DNA of 44,754 nucleotides from an uncultured Acidobacteriaceae bacterium (GTDB lineage: Bacteria > Acidobacteriota > Terriglobia > Terriglobales > Acidobacteriaceae): the NCBI GenBank assembly GCA_964235795.1, contig CAXSBW010000007.1:12173-56926 (forward strand), written 5' to 3'. A program made the translations under genes and the position numbers. This document shows positions 1-8,847 of the stretch, in pieces. The notes beneath the pieces are model-generated. The model ran no database searches. It was given only the letters and a program-made list of their open reading frames with translations, and was not told the DNA's origin. The number at the start of each line of letters is the position of its first letter. The stretch's first letter is position 1.

Positions 1-1
1 A

Positions 2-58
2 GCAGAAGCAGAAGCAGAAGCAGAAGCAGAAGCAGAAGCAGAAGCAGAAGCAGAAGCA
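2..58 (+). repeat. (GCAGAA)9 hexamer tandem repeat encoding an (Ala-Glu)n linker
   Basis: Nine perfect GCAGAA units at 2-55 plus GCA. In frame with the initiator ORF and runs off the window edge. Confidence 0.95.
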
Positions 59-724
59 AGTACAAATACCCCCCTCCCGAACGCTGTCGCGTTCTCCTTC
101 CCCAGGGACAGTGGAGAGCCGGAAATTTCAGCCGGTGAGCTTTTCGATTCGGACGAGATTCCGCTTCTGGCGCTTGTTCCCCAAAAGCAGCCCCTCGCAG
201 CGAAGAGCTATGAGCAGGCCTTGCATGAGATTTATTTGGCCTATCCGCGCAAAGAAAAACCGCGGTCTGCGCAAAAAGCAATTCAAGCCGCTATTGCTAG
301 GCTGCGAAAAGGCGAATCGGGACACGCGCCTATGTCTCAAACGCAAGCTGTCGACTTTCTGCTTGAGCGCACCCGCGCTTTTTCTCAATCGCCCGCAGCC
401 AACAGAGCGCCAGAAGAAAAGCATTTCGTCCCCCATCCGGCGAGTTGGTACAACGCTGCCGGTTACCTCAGCGACCCATCCACCTGGCAGCTCACAGGAG
501 CCTCCCATGCACAGCCAAAGTCCTTCAACCGCGCCGAAACTGCAGTTGCTTCCGTCGACAATGCCGCTGACAACGCCATCGCCCGGCTTCTCGCCCGCAG
601 AGACGGCGGAGCTGGTAGCGATCGAATCGCTCCGTCACCTAGCCAAAATGCTTGGGGAGCCCATGGATCCGGCGGGCGAGCGTTTGGAGCTTATGGCGCG
701 GCACCTGTGCGACTTGTCCGCTGA
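2..724 (+). CDS. Phage replication initiator, C-terminal part (5' truncated by window)
   Basis: Frame is open from base 2: AEAEAE...ASTNTPLP, then YPRKEKPRSAQKA and VPHPASWYN, matching the YPRK...A.KA and P.PATWLN pattern of phage replisome-organiser C-termini. Confidence 0.75.
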   Translation, partial: AEAEAEAEAEAEAEAEAEASTNTPLPNAVAFSFPRDSGEPEISAGELFDSDEIPLLALVPQKQPLAAKSYEQALHEIYLAYPRKEKPRSAQKAIQAAIARLRKGESGHAPMSQTQAVDFLLERTRAFSQSPAANRAPEEKHFVPHPASWYNAAGYLSDPSTWQLTGASHAQPKSFNRAETAVASVDNAADNAIARLLARRDGGAGSDRIAPSPSQNAWGAHGSGGRAFGAYGAAPVRLVR

Positions 725-1208
725 CGCGGTGCTGGCTGCGGTGCGCGACTGGGCCAACGGCAACGACGAGCTGTTGTCCCCCGAGGACCGCCGCAAGTAC
801 CAGGTGGGCGCTCGCTTCCCGACGCCGGCTGGCCTAAGGGTCTTGGCGAACGCGCGGCAGCCGGATGCGGCAAAGCAGGCTTGGATTTGGGTCGCGAATC
901 TCATCCGCGAGCACGGTGCTGACCTGCACCCCAAGAGCGCGGGTTTCGAGCGGATCGAGCATCCGACGCGACCGGGGCTATTTGCCGAGCAAGCGTTGCC
1001 GCTGATCCCGGCACCGGAGATACCGGCACAGATCGCCGCGGCGTTGCGCGAGCTGGGCTCTGGCAAGCTGCTGGCTGGCTTGGAGTACGTCGCGAAGCAC
1101 CCGGCGCTGGTCAAGTACGGCTGGGAGGACAAGGGCGCGCTGTACGACGCAGAGCGGATTGAGGGGAAGTTCCGAGCCGCTTATCTTGCGGTTGGAGGTG
1201 GACGATGA
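507..1208 (+). CDS. Putative helicase loader/inhibitor-like replication protein
   Basis: AGGAG at 496-500 and ATG at 507. DLSADAVLAAVRDW...RFPTPAGLR resembles the loader-type proteins that follow phage initiators. Overlaps the initiator 3' end by 218 nt. Confidence 0.55.
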   Translation: MHSQSPSTAPKLQLLPSTMPLTTPSPGFSPAETAELVAIESLRHLAKMLGEPMDPAGERLELMARHLCDLSADAVLAAVRDWANGNDELLSPEDRRKYQVGARFPTPAGLRVLANARQPDAAKQAWIWVANLIREHGADLHPKSAGFERIEHPTRPGLFAEQALPLIPAPEIPAQIAAALRELGSGKLLAGLEYVAKHPALVKYGWEDKGALYDAERIEGKFRAAYLAVGGGR

Positions 1209-1456
1209 AGTTTTTCGACAGAGTGAAGCGGCACAATCGCGAGTGGGACGAAATCACCCGTGAGCTTTGCAGGGCGCAAAAGCGGCCTTACAAAGCCAGC
1301 CGCAATATCCCGCTCGTCTGGGATTTGACCTCTCCGTACTTCGATCCTCGCCGGGCAGCGATACGCGCTTTGCGGCCTCGTCATCATCCGTGGCGGACCG
1401 CAGAGTCAAGAGCTTTGCCGGGCAGGCGCTCGTCTGGCGTTTCGGGTGTAGGGTAG
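1205..1456 (+). CDS. Hypothetical basic protein
   Basis: ATGA overlap with the upstream stop, preceded by GGAGG. Confidence 0.45.
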   Translation: MKFFDRVKRHNREWDEITRELCRAQKRPYKASRNIPLVWDLTSPYFDPRRAAIRALRPRHHPWRTAESRALPGRRSSGVSGVG

Positions 1457-1542
1457 CCTACCCCAGAGAGCTAGACGGGGCTTAAAACGAATCCTGGCGC
1501 GTTGTGGGAAAGCCAAAAGAGACCGTTTGGCGGAAGTTTGGG

Positions 1543-1550
1543 AAATGGTA
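1543..1550 (+). promoter_or_regulatory. WAATGSTA putative late promoter element, copy 1
   Basis: AAATGGTA ending 12 nt before ATG 1563, with no SD in between. Confidence 0.6.
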
Positions 1551-1562
1551 AGAGTCCGCAGC

Positions 1563-2816
1563 ATGCGCAAACTCACCCTTCTCGCCCTTCTTGCCGTGCC
1601 TGGCGTCGCCCTTTCTCAGGCTCCCCAGGCTGTTCCCACCATGCCTGTTGGACAGTTCCTCGATTCGCTCGGCGTCAACACGCACAGCGAGTACACCGAT
1701 GGCACCTACGTGCGATCCGGTGAAAACCTGCTCGAGCTCCAGTACCTCGGCATCCACAACGTCCGCGACGCGGTGCCAACTCACCTTGCAAACGACCCGG
1801 GCAACTACGCGACGTTCGCCGCCTCGCTCCGCTACCTGCTTGACAACCGCATCCACCTTGACTTGCTGACCCACTGCAATACGCCGGTGAGCGCTTACAT
1901 TGAGCAACTCGACTTGCTGGCCCACGATTACCCGCACTCCATCACGGCAGTCGAAGGCACAAACGAGGTCAACAATCAGCCGTGTACGCAAGGTGGCGGG
2001 GACAGCGTAGACAACGGCATCGCTTTCCAGCAGCAACTCTACGCCGCGGTGCACGGGGATCCCGCGCTGGCTGGGGTGCCGGTCTATGACCTCACGGGCG
2101 TTAACAGGGCGTCGTCTCTCACGGGCCGCGCGGATTACGCCAACAACCACCCTTACCCAAACGCTTCCCGCGGCACCACGGTGTTCGCGCGCATGGTAAG
2201 CGACTACAGCGACAACTACGCGAGCGCCTTCCCGCGCGTCATCACGGAGGACGGGTACTACACCTCGCCCGACAAGGGCGACGGCGTCGACGAAACCTCG
2301 CAGGCGGTCGGGGAGCTGCAAATCTTCCTCAGCGCTGCAGCCCTGGGGATCCCGCACACGTACCTGTACGAGCTCAAGGACGCCTACTTCCCCGGCACGG
2401 CTCCGTATGCGACCTGGGGGCTATTCTCGTCGCCCACGGGCGCTCCCAAGCAATCCGCCAAGGCCATCCACAACCTCACCACCGCGCTCGGCTGGTTACC
2501 GCAGGGCTCAAGCGCTACTACGGTCAACGCTTCCATCTCGGGCGCTCCGGCTGACTCGCACACGCTCGCCCTGACGGACGCTGGCGGCGGGGTGCTGCTG
2601 TTCGTCTGGCGCGATATTTCGCCATGGTCCGTTCCGCAGCAGCAGACGATCATCCCGCCGGCTGTGCCAGTGACCGTGTCAATCCAGGGGCACACCTGCT
2701 CAGCCGCCTACACCTTCGACCCGCTTCACAACGCGGTTACTGCGGTCACGCCTAAGCCGACCGGCTACACCATCGGAGAGGAGCCTTACCCGATTGGGCT
2801 TTACTGCGCCAAATAG
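1563..2816 (+). CDS. Secreted clan GH-A glycoside hydrolase (GH5/GH39-like TIM barrel plus beta-sandwich)
   Basis: Signal peptide MRKLTLLALLAVPGVALS|Q. Motifs LGVNTH, LGIHNVRD, EGTNEVN (acid/base), NNHPYP, ITEDGY (nucleophile), YLYELKD. Confidence 0.75.
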   Translation: MRKLTLLALLAVPGVALSQAPQAVPTMPVGQFLDSLGVNTHSEYTDGTYVRSGENLLELQYLGIHNVRDAVPTHLANDPGNYATFAASLRYLLDNRIHLDLLTHCNTPVSAYIEQLDLLAHDYPHSITAVEGTNEVNNQPCTQGGGDSVDNGIAFQQQLYAAVHGDPALAGVPVYDLTGVNRASSLTGRADYANNHPYPNASRGTTVFARMVSDYSDNYASAFPRVITEDGYYTSPDKGDGVDETSQAVGELQIFLSAAALGIPHTYLYELKDAYFPGTAPYATWGLFSSPTGAPKQSAKAIHNLTTALGWLPQGSSATTVNASISGAPADSHTLALTDAGGGVLLFVWRDISPWSVPQQQTIIPPAVPVTVSIQGHTCSAAYTFDPLHNAVTAVTPKPTGYTIGEEPYPIGLYCAK

Positions 2817-2926
2817 TCGAGCGATGGAAACCGAGTCACATTTTTTCACGACACGGAAAGTCAAATAAAACGCGGCTCCCAGGCTATCAAAGGCCGCGCC
2901 GTCACGTATTTTACGTCACAGATATC

Positions 2927-2955
2927 TTGCTCTATCGCGCAACGTTCGGTACTCT
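2927..2955 (+). promoter_or_regulatory. Putative sigma70 promoter
   Basis: TTGCTC-17 nt-TACTCT in the largest AT-richer intergenic gap. Confidence 0.45.
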
Positions 2956-3004
2956 CCGCAATGACGCGAGCAAGGCCAAAGTTACCCGCAAGGTCATTCA
3001 CCGC

Positions 3005-3104
3005 CGGGAGTCCGGTAAGTGACTTTGTGGACTCCCGAATGCTGCTGCATTCGGGGTACTGACAGCCGGACGCATTTCCGAAAAGCGGTACGTCCGGCTG
3101 TCAG
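3005..3104 (+). other. Structured RNA leader with three hairpins
   Basis: Perfect stems at 3005-3013/3029-3037 (9 bp), 3034-3042/3047-3055 (9 bp) and 3059-3072/3091-3104 (14 bp). Confidence 0.6.
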
Positions 3105-3132
3105 GTCACATCGCGATTTGTCCTTCAGGGGG

Positions 3133-3582
3133 ATGCAGCATGAGAACAACAGCCGCGTACTGCCGGTTCGAGCCGGGAAATCGCGACAAAAGCGAGTTGC
3201 CGGCATAAGCGCCCTCAAAGCCTGTTGCTTTAGCCGCTGGCTGTGCTCCCACTGCGGCTTATTTGACACTCGAACAATGGATAACCCTGGATGCAAGAGA
3301 GAGTGCCCAAACTGTGGCGAGGACGCGGAGGCCAAGATGTCCTGTAAGGGGTACACCTCGGAGACGTTGCCATGGGTCTCCGTTACGCGCGCGGACTGGG
3401 ACCAAGAAGTGTCCTGGCTGCCAAAGCAAAAGAAAGGCATACAGCGCAATGGCAAAAGCACCGGGCGACCCAAGGGAACTGGAAGACCGATCGGCGTACG
3501 ACCTCCCAGGCACGATCGATGCGCAAGCTCTGCCAAGTGGGACCGGCAATTGGCTGATCTGATTAGGGAGGCGAACGTTTGA
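3133..3582 (+). CDS. Zn-ribbon protein with basic, AT-hook-like GRP tail
   Basis: CSHC...CPNC and TGRPKGTGRP. Stop overlaps the next start. The start position is uncertain. Confidence 0.55.
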   Translation: MQHENNSRVLPVRAGKSRQKRVAGISALKACCFSRWLCSHCGLFDTRTMDNPGCKRECPNCGEDAEAKMSCKGYTSETLPWVSVTRADWDQEVSWLPKQKKGIQRNGKSTGRPKGTGRPIGVRPPRHDRCASSAKWDRQLADLIREANV

Positions 3583-4001
3583 AGTTTAGCGAGATGATCC
3601 AGATTCAACAGCAGCACCAACTCGCGATTGCTGCCAACATCGACTTGATCGCGGCGCGGATTGCGATGGTTGCTGGCGACAAAGTGGAGCCGGGTACGGC
3701 TGTTGCGCTCCAGGTAACGATTGAGCTGTCAAAGTTTGTCCGCAGCCACCCACCATTCCGGGCTGGAAGCGCTACTTGCTCAAGTCCCCGTGAAGGAAGT
3801 CACTCTCCAATGAAATCGATGCTGTTCGTTGATTCGCTACCCGGGTACGCCGCCAGGGTGAAGTATGCCCACCCGGAGCCCGTGTCCGTAAGCGTCGCGG
3901 TTGAAGGTGGGGTGGTTGTCGAAGAAACCATCTATGACGAGCGAACCGGCGAAGTTTCTAGCCCGAAGCACAATCCGATGGACCTGAAGGGACAACCATG
4001 A
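3579..4001 (+). CDS. Hypothetical protein
   Basis: TTG start after GGGAGG, coupled by 4-nt overlaps on both sides. Confidence 0.55.
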   Translation: MKFSEMIQIQQQHQLAIAANIDLIAARIAMVAGDKVEPGTAVALQVTIELSKFVRSHPPFRAGSATCSSPREGSHSPMKSMLFVDSLPGYAARVKYAHPEPVSVSVAVEGGVVVEETIYDERTGEVSSPKHNPMDLKGQP

Positions 4002-4552
4002 CGCCCTCTCGCAATCTACTCTCTCCCTGCCGCATCTACCTGCGCGGCGTGACCTCGGATGACGTAGTAAGCGACATGATCCGCGCCAAGACGCACAGCA
4101 AGATCAGCCATGTCGAATACCTGCTGGATGCCGATTGGCATGATCTGATCTTCGACAACGCTTCTCGGTCAGTCGTCAAAGCTCAAGCGGCAAAGCTGCC
4201 GGTGGTGGACTTCGGTACCCTTGGTGCGCACCTCAAGGGCGGCGTGGCGATCCGCACGACCGACTACGCCGTGTTCAGCTTCGTTCACCACTTCCACGTA
4301 GAGGCCACCTGGGCGGAGAAACTGAGGGTCATGGCCGCGGCGCTCGCTTGTGTGGGCGATCACTACAGCATCCAGGCGATCGCGGATTGCCTGCTGGAGT
4401 GCAACGTGATCCGTCCGAAGGAATACGATTGCAGTTGGTTCGTGAATGACACGTTGGCAGCCGGCGGGCTTGGCCTTCAGCGGACCAGCGACGGCGCGGC
4501 GCTGATTACGCCGAGGGATTGCGTGATGTCGCCGCTGGCGATACCGGATTGA
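3998..4552 (+). CDS. Permuted papain-like NlpC/P60 (YiiX/YaeF-like) amidase/peptidase
   Basis: SKISHVEY (His first), G.HYS and YDCSWFV (Cys last) give the permuted NlpC/P60 order. Confidence 0.65.
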   Translation: MTPSRNLLSPCRIYLRGVTSDDVVSDMIRAKTHSKISHVEYLLDADWHDLIFDNASRSVVKAQAAKLPVVDFGTLGAHLKGGVAIRTTDYAVFSFVHHFHVEATWAEKLRVMAAALACVGDHYSIQAIADCLLECNVIRPKEYDCSWFVNDTLAAGGLGLQRTSDGAALITPRDCVMSPLAIPD

Positions 4553-4560
4553 GGAAGACT

Positions 4561-4857
4561 ATGACAGTACTGAGCGAGCGCTACAGGTGCCCTGTTTGTT
4601 TTTTTGAGGACATGGAGTACCCCGCAAACGACTTCAACATCTGCCAACGCTGCGGGACCGAGTTTGGCAATGATGACTTCCACGTGTCGCATGAAGAGTT
4701 GCGGAAAGCCTGGCTGGAAGCGCAACCGTCCAAGCCGTTTTACGAGAAGAAGCCCAATGGACCCGACGCCCCTCCGCCGTCCCTGATTCCTGTGAAGTCG
4801 GAGGAGAACGGCAAGAAAGAAGCTGTCAAAGGCTCTTTGATTCCGCTGAAATGGTAA
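4561..4857 (+). CDS. Small Cys-rich (CPCC-like Zn-finger) protein
   Basis: GAGGA SD. YRCPVC...FNICQRCGTEFGNDD...EELRKAWL. Confidence 0.6.
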   Translation: MTVLSERYRCPVCFFEDMEYPANDFNICQRCGTEFGNDDFHVSHEELRKAWLEAQPSKPFYEKKPNGPDAPPPSLIPVKSEENGKKEAVKGSLIPLKW

Positions 4858-4907
4858 AGCTATCTCCGCGCCGCGGCTGACCCCGACGGTAGCCGCCCGG
4901 AGGTAGC
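4849..4907 (+). promoter_or_regulatory. WAATGSTA copy 2 overlapping an SD-sequestering hairpin
   Basis: AAATGGTA at 4849-4856. GCTATCTCCG (4859-4868) pairs with CGGAGGTAGC (4898-4907, contains the SD). Inner stem 4873-4878/4891-4896. Confidence 0.65.
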
Positions 4908-4913
4908 CACCCC

Positions 4914-7900
4914 ATGAACTTGCGACGCCCGTCGCTCTCGATCTTCTCCGCCTTCGCCCTTGCTGCCCTGCACGTGTCGGGAGCCCACGCACAGGCCACC
5001 ATCCCTGTTACCGGATCGGGGATTGTCGATTCTCAGGGCCAGCCCGTCACCGGCACTCTGACGATCACCGTTACGGATGCCAACGACAACCCCATCGCTT
5101 ACACGCCCGCCGGACAAGCGCAGACCACGAACGCCATCGTCGACCAAATCTTTGCCGGCATCATGGCTTATGGCTCTAATGTAGTCAACCCGGCGACGAT
5201 CACCCCCAGCACCGCTCGCTACCGGCTTACCATCACGAACACCAAGGGGCTGGTGGTGGTCAACCTGCCGCTGGCCTCAATCTCGGGCCCCCAATTCTCC
5301 ATGCAGAGCTACCGCGTGCCCGCCAGCGCAAGCGTGCAGACCGGCGGCTACCCACGCATCCCCTGCGTCCCAGGTGCGACGGCCACTGATACCGTCAACG
5401 GCGGCAACCAGTGGATATGCTCAAAGCTCGCCAATGATAACGCGATCGCGTGGACCCAGAACCCCTCAAGCTCCGTGCAGTGCCAGGGGCAAGCGCTGGT
5501 CTCGCCCAACTACGGTGCACCGTACTGTACGCCCAGCACAAACGCTTACGTGGCACCAGGGTTCGTCCTCGGTGGGTCGTCCTCGTCGGCTGGACCTATT
5601 GGCCTAGTGCCCGGTGGAGGTGGTGCCGGTGGCGCTGTATTGCCGAGCGCCGGCTTGGTGGTGGCGACTTCGCCCAGCACCTCGCGCGCGGCAACCAAGG
5701 CAGACCTTGCTCCGATCCTGGGGTTTGATCCTGCCAACAATCTGTCCGACCTGCCAAGTGCCGCAGCGGCACTTGCCAATCTCGGCGCGGCGAAACAGTC
5801 GGACCTTGCTGTGATTCAAGGCAAGGCGAACAGCGCAGTGCAAAAAGTGAACGGCGCAGTGCCCGATGCAAGCGGCAACGTAACAGTTACAGCAAGCGCG
5901 GCGTCGCCTACCGGGGCTGTGACGGGGGCGCTGCTTACCGGCACAACTTCAAACGGCCCGTTGGCGACTGACAACAACGCTACCTTAACCGCCGGACAAC
6001 TAACTCTTCTGGCGGCGCGTACAAAAGAGCCCCGCACGGATGTGACACACATGGCGTTTGGGGCAGACCCGAGAGGGGTTACTGCTAAGGACGGCACCGC
6101 GATTAACGCGGCTATCGCTTACGGTATCGCGCAGGCACAGAGCGTAGGCAGGTCCGGTCACGTGTCTCCGATCTACATCCCCAAGGGTAAGTACATCCTG
6201 GACCAAACCATCCGCTTGCCGAAGCGCATGACGCTGGTGTGCGATTCGGGCGCTACGCTTTACTACGGCGGCACAGACGGCACATTGCCCGGACTGATTA
6301 TCTACAACCCCGAAATGGTCAATGGGGTCGGCAATGACGTCGGCTCGGACACGCAGGACGAAAACTACACGATTGTGGACGGATGCAATTTTCGCGGAAG
6401 TGGTAAAAACACGACTGCGACCGGCGTAGAAATTGACACTGGGCTGAATATTATCCGGGGTGTGCACGTCTCTAACTCTGCCGGTCGCGGAGTCATGGTC
6501 AACAATGCAGAGCGCACTATCCTGTATCAATTGTCCACGCAAGAAGTAAGACAAGCGGTGATGTGGGGTGCGGACGATAATGAATCCGGGATGTACGATC
6601 ATCACATCATTTCGACGGGATTAACAGCGGATGCGGCACCGTCAGGTAGCGGATACTTTGGGTATTGCACAGGCAATGATAACTGCGTCAACGGTGCGTT
6701 TCCGGCACCAGGCACAGCGGCTGCTCCAACGCCGCTTAAGGTGCCGACCCACGCGGCAGTTGAAATCTCTAAAGCGGTCAACCTGGTCATTTCCGGCGGC
6801 GATGTAAAGGGCGGCGAGATGATGGGTGCCTATAAGTTGAACGACGCGACGGTTATCAAGATCGCGCACGATTACACGGAAGCTGTAATCTACGGCTCAC
6901 AGTGGCCGGCAAACGTCGGGCCCAGCCTCATTATGGGTGGCACTCCCAACAAGACAACGATTACGGGCGCACAAACCCAGACGACGGTAAGTTTCGGTGG
7001 CAACTCCAATACGTTTTACTCTTACCCGGTTGCGAGTACAGACTGGTTCCCTCTTGTATATGGGGACGCTAACATGGCAACAAAAGACATGGTAGGTTCG
7101 GGCCTGATAAACAACTACCAGCCCGTGGTATTCATACCCGCCGACTATGTTAAAGGTTCGACTGTCGCATCTACCGCTTGCCCCAACTTGCTGAAAGGCA
7201 GCTTTGAAACGTTCGGCACTTATGCCGGGCTGGGCACAGGCACACTGATTATCCCGCAAACCTACGGACGCGGCGCGGGAAGTATGCCGACGGGCACGAG
7301 TCCCTACGACTGGGGCACCTGTACGACTCCGGCGATTGCGGAGGACTTGGTACAGGTGGACAGCACCGGCAACTCAGTCACGTTGGATTCTGTACATTTT
7401 AACAATTTGCAAGGCTCTCTTAATTCAGGCAACTTTACTTACAACTTGGCGCAAGGTACCGGCCCGACGATAGGCGAGGTTGTTATGGGTAACGTCCCGG
7501 GCGTGGGTGCGGATTACTTTACGCAAGCCGGGGTTGCGGGTGACCCTAACCCCAATACAAAAGCTCATCTGGAGATTACAGGTTCCTCGCAGATGCTAAC
7601 TGGTTCGGACCCTTATCAAGGTGCGATTGTGGCGGTCCACCCGGCGACAATTGCGGCTTTGACGGACGGTATTTTTAGCGAGGACAACAGCGCTCTCGCG
7701 GACCCGTATGCGTTGACGAGAGACCCAGCGGACAACAGTCTGCATATCAACGGCAGCGTCAACACTGGAGCTGTGGGCACCATATACAGCTACCCGGTGG
7801 CAGGCAGTACGGGCAATGTTGAAACAACTTACACGATGCCAGCGTTGCATGAAATATGGGACACCAAGGTACTTGCGTACACAAAGCAGTATGCGATCAA

Positions 7901-8789
7901 TAACCTGTACACGCAGGCGGGGTCGTATGTGTACGGGCAGTTATACCAAAACAATTACGCGATTTTAGCAGAAGCACTTACGGGACAGAGCAAACCGTCA
8001 GGTCGCCTGAATTGTTATGGCCCACCTGCGGCGACCAGCTTCGGGTGTGTTATCGAGTCGTTTAACTATGCGAGTGGCAGGTTCAACAACGAATTCGGTG
8101 CTAACGCTTCCAGCGTATATGCCTCAGTACCGTTTCAGCCGAACGGCGGCGTACAGTATCCGGCTACGTGGTATCCGGCGAATAATGCTACCGTCACATT
8201 GACCCAAGGCAATAACACGGTCTACGGCGGGTCTGGAGTAACAATTGTTTTGCCGACGGCTGCCTCGTCTGCATCGGCACAGGGATTTCACTACGCGATC
8301 TCACGCACCGATGCGACGCCGTTTACCATCAGTGCTCCCAATAACACGATCTACTTTAACAACACCAGTTACGGGCACACATTCACATCTCCCGGAGCTT
8401 TGGGTAAGATCGAATTCGCAAACGACGCCTACGGCAATTACGTGAGTACGGGTTTTTTGCCGGAGATCGCAGCGGTGGGCACAACGGTAACGGGTGCGGG
8501 TTTCGGCGGACCTGTCACCGTGACGCAAGCGGGACCGGCGACGATTGCGAGCGGACAGTTGACGTTCACGACCACGGCGGCGGGCACTGCCGGGCAGCCT
8601 GGTATCACGTTTACCTTTCCACAAGCGCTGGCGACACCGCCGAAAGTATGTCACTTGCAGCCCAAAAACGCGGCGGCGGCGGCGATTCGCTTTTTTGAAT
8701 CACAGCCGACAACCACGAGCTGGGTGGTGACCCCAATCGACGTTGTGCCATCAGGGGCCGTGTTGGCATACGGATACACCTGCCAGTGA
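4914..8789 (+). CDS. Tailspike/fibre-like depolymerase (pectate-lyase-3-like beta-helix) with N-terminal signal peptide
   Basis: FGADPRG...DGTAINAAI...IYIPKGKYIL beta-helix cap. Fibre motifs ANNLSDL...ALANLG and VQKVNGAVPDASGNV. N-terminus ...FALAALHVSGAHA|Q. Confidence 0.75.
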   Translation: MNLRRPSLSIFSAFALAALHVSGAHAQATIPVTGSGIVDSQGQPVTGTLTITVTDANDNPIAYTPAGQAQTTNAIVDQIFAGIMAYGSNVVNPATITPSTARYRLTITNTKGLVVVNLPLASISGPQFSMQSYRVPASASVQTGGYPRIPCVPGATATDTVNGGNQWICSKLANDNAIAWTQNPSSSVQCQGQALVSPNYGAPYCTPSTNAYVAPGFVLGGSSSSAGPIGLVPGGGGAGGAVLPSAGLVVATSPSTSRAATKADLAPILGFDPANNLSDLPSAAAALANLGAAKQSDLAVIQGKANSAVQKVNGAVPDASGNVTVTASAASPTGAVTGALLTGTTSNGPLATDNNATLTAGQLTLLAARTKEPRTDVTHMAFGADPRGVTAKDGTAINAAIAYGIAQAQSVGRSGHVSPIYIPKGKYILDQTIRLPKRMTLVCDSGATLYYGGTDGTLPGLIIYNPEMVNGVGNDVGSDTQDENYTIVDGCNFRGSGKNTTATGVEIDTGLNIIRGVHVSNSAGRGVMVNNAERTILYQLSTQEVRQAVMWGADDNESGMYDHHIISTGLTADAAPSGSGYFGYCTGNDNCVNGAFPAPGTAAAPTPLKVPTHAAVEISKAVNLVISGGDVKGGEMMGAYKLNDATVIKIAHDYTEAVIYGSQWPANVGPSLIMGGTPNKTTITGAQTQTTVSFGGNSNTFYSYPVASTDWFPLVYGDANMATKDMVGSGLINNYQPVVFIPADYVKGSTVASTACPNLLKGSFETFGTYAGLGTGTLIIPQTYGRGAGSMPTGTSPYDWGTCTTPAIAEDLVQVDSTGNSVTLDSVHFNNLQGSLNSGNFTYNLAQGTGPTIGEVVMGNVPGVGADYFTQAGVAGDPNPNTKAHLEITGSSQMLTGSDPYQGAIVAVHPATIAALTDGIFSEDNSALADPYALTRDPADNSLHINGSVNTGAVGTIYSYPVAGSTGNVETTYTMPALHEIWDTKVLAYTKQYAINNLYTQAGSYVYGQLYQNNYAILAEALTGQSKPSGRLNCYGPPAATSFGCVIESFNYASGRFNNEFGANASSVYASVPFQPNGGVQYPATWYPANNATVTLTQGNNTVYGGSGVTIVLPTAASSASAQGFHYAISRTDATPFTISAPNNTIYFNNTSYGHTFTSPGALGKIEFANDAYGNYVSTGFLPEIAAVGTTVTGAGFGGPVTVTQAGPATIASGQLTFTTTAAGTAGQPGITFTFPQALATPPKVCHLQPKNAAAAAIRFFESQPTTTSWVVTPIDVVPSGAVLAYGYTCQ

Positions 8790-8847
8790 TGCAAAGCGTT
8801 GCGGCCGCCGGACCGTATCCGGCACATTTCTCCTCGAGGTGTTCACC

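Noticed and set aside
111-506. 5' extension of ORF 111-1208
   Set aside because: Overlaps the initiator frame, which has the recognisable motifs. The SD supports ATG 507.
8183-8190. TAATGCTA motif copy inside the tailspike gene
   Set aside because: Intragenic, in the AT-richer segment and more than 600 nt from the next start, so it is compatible with chance.
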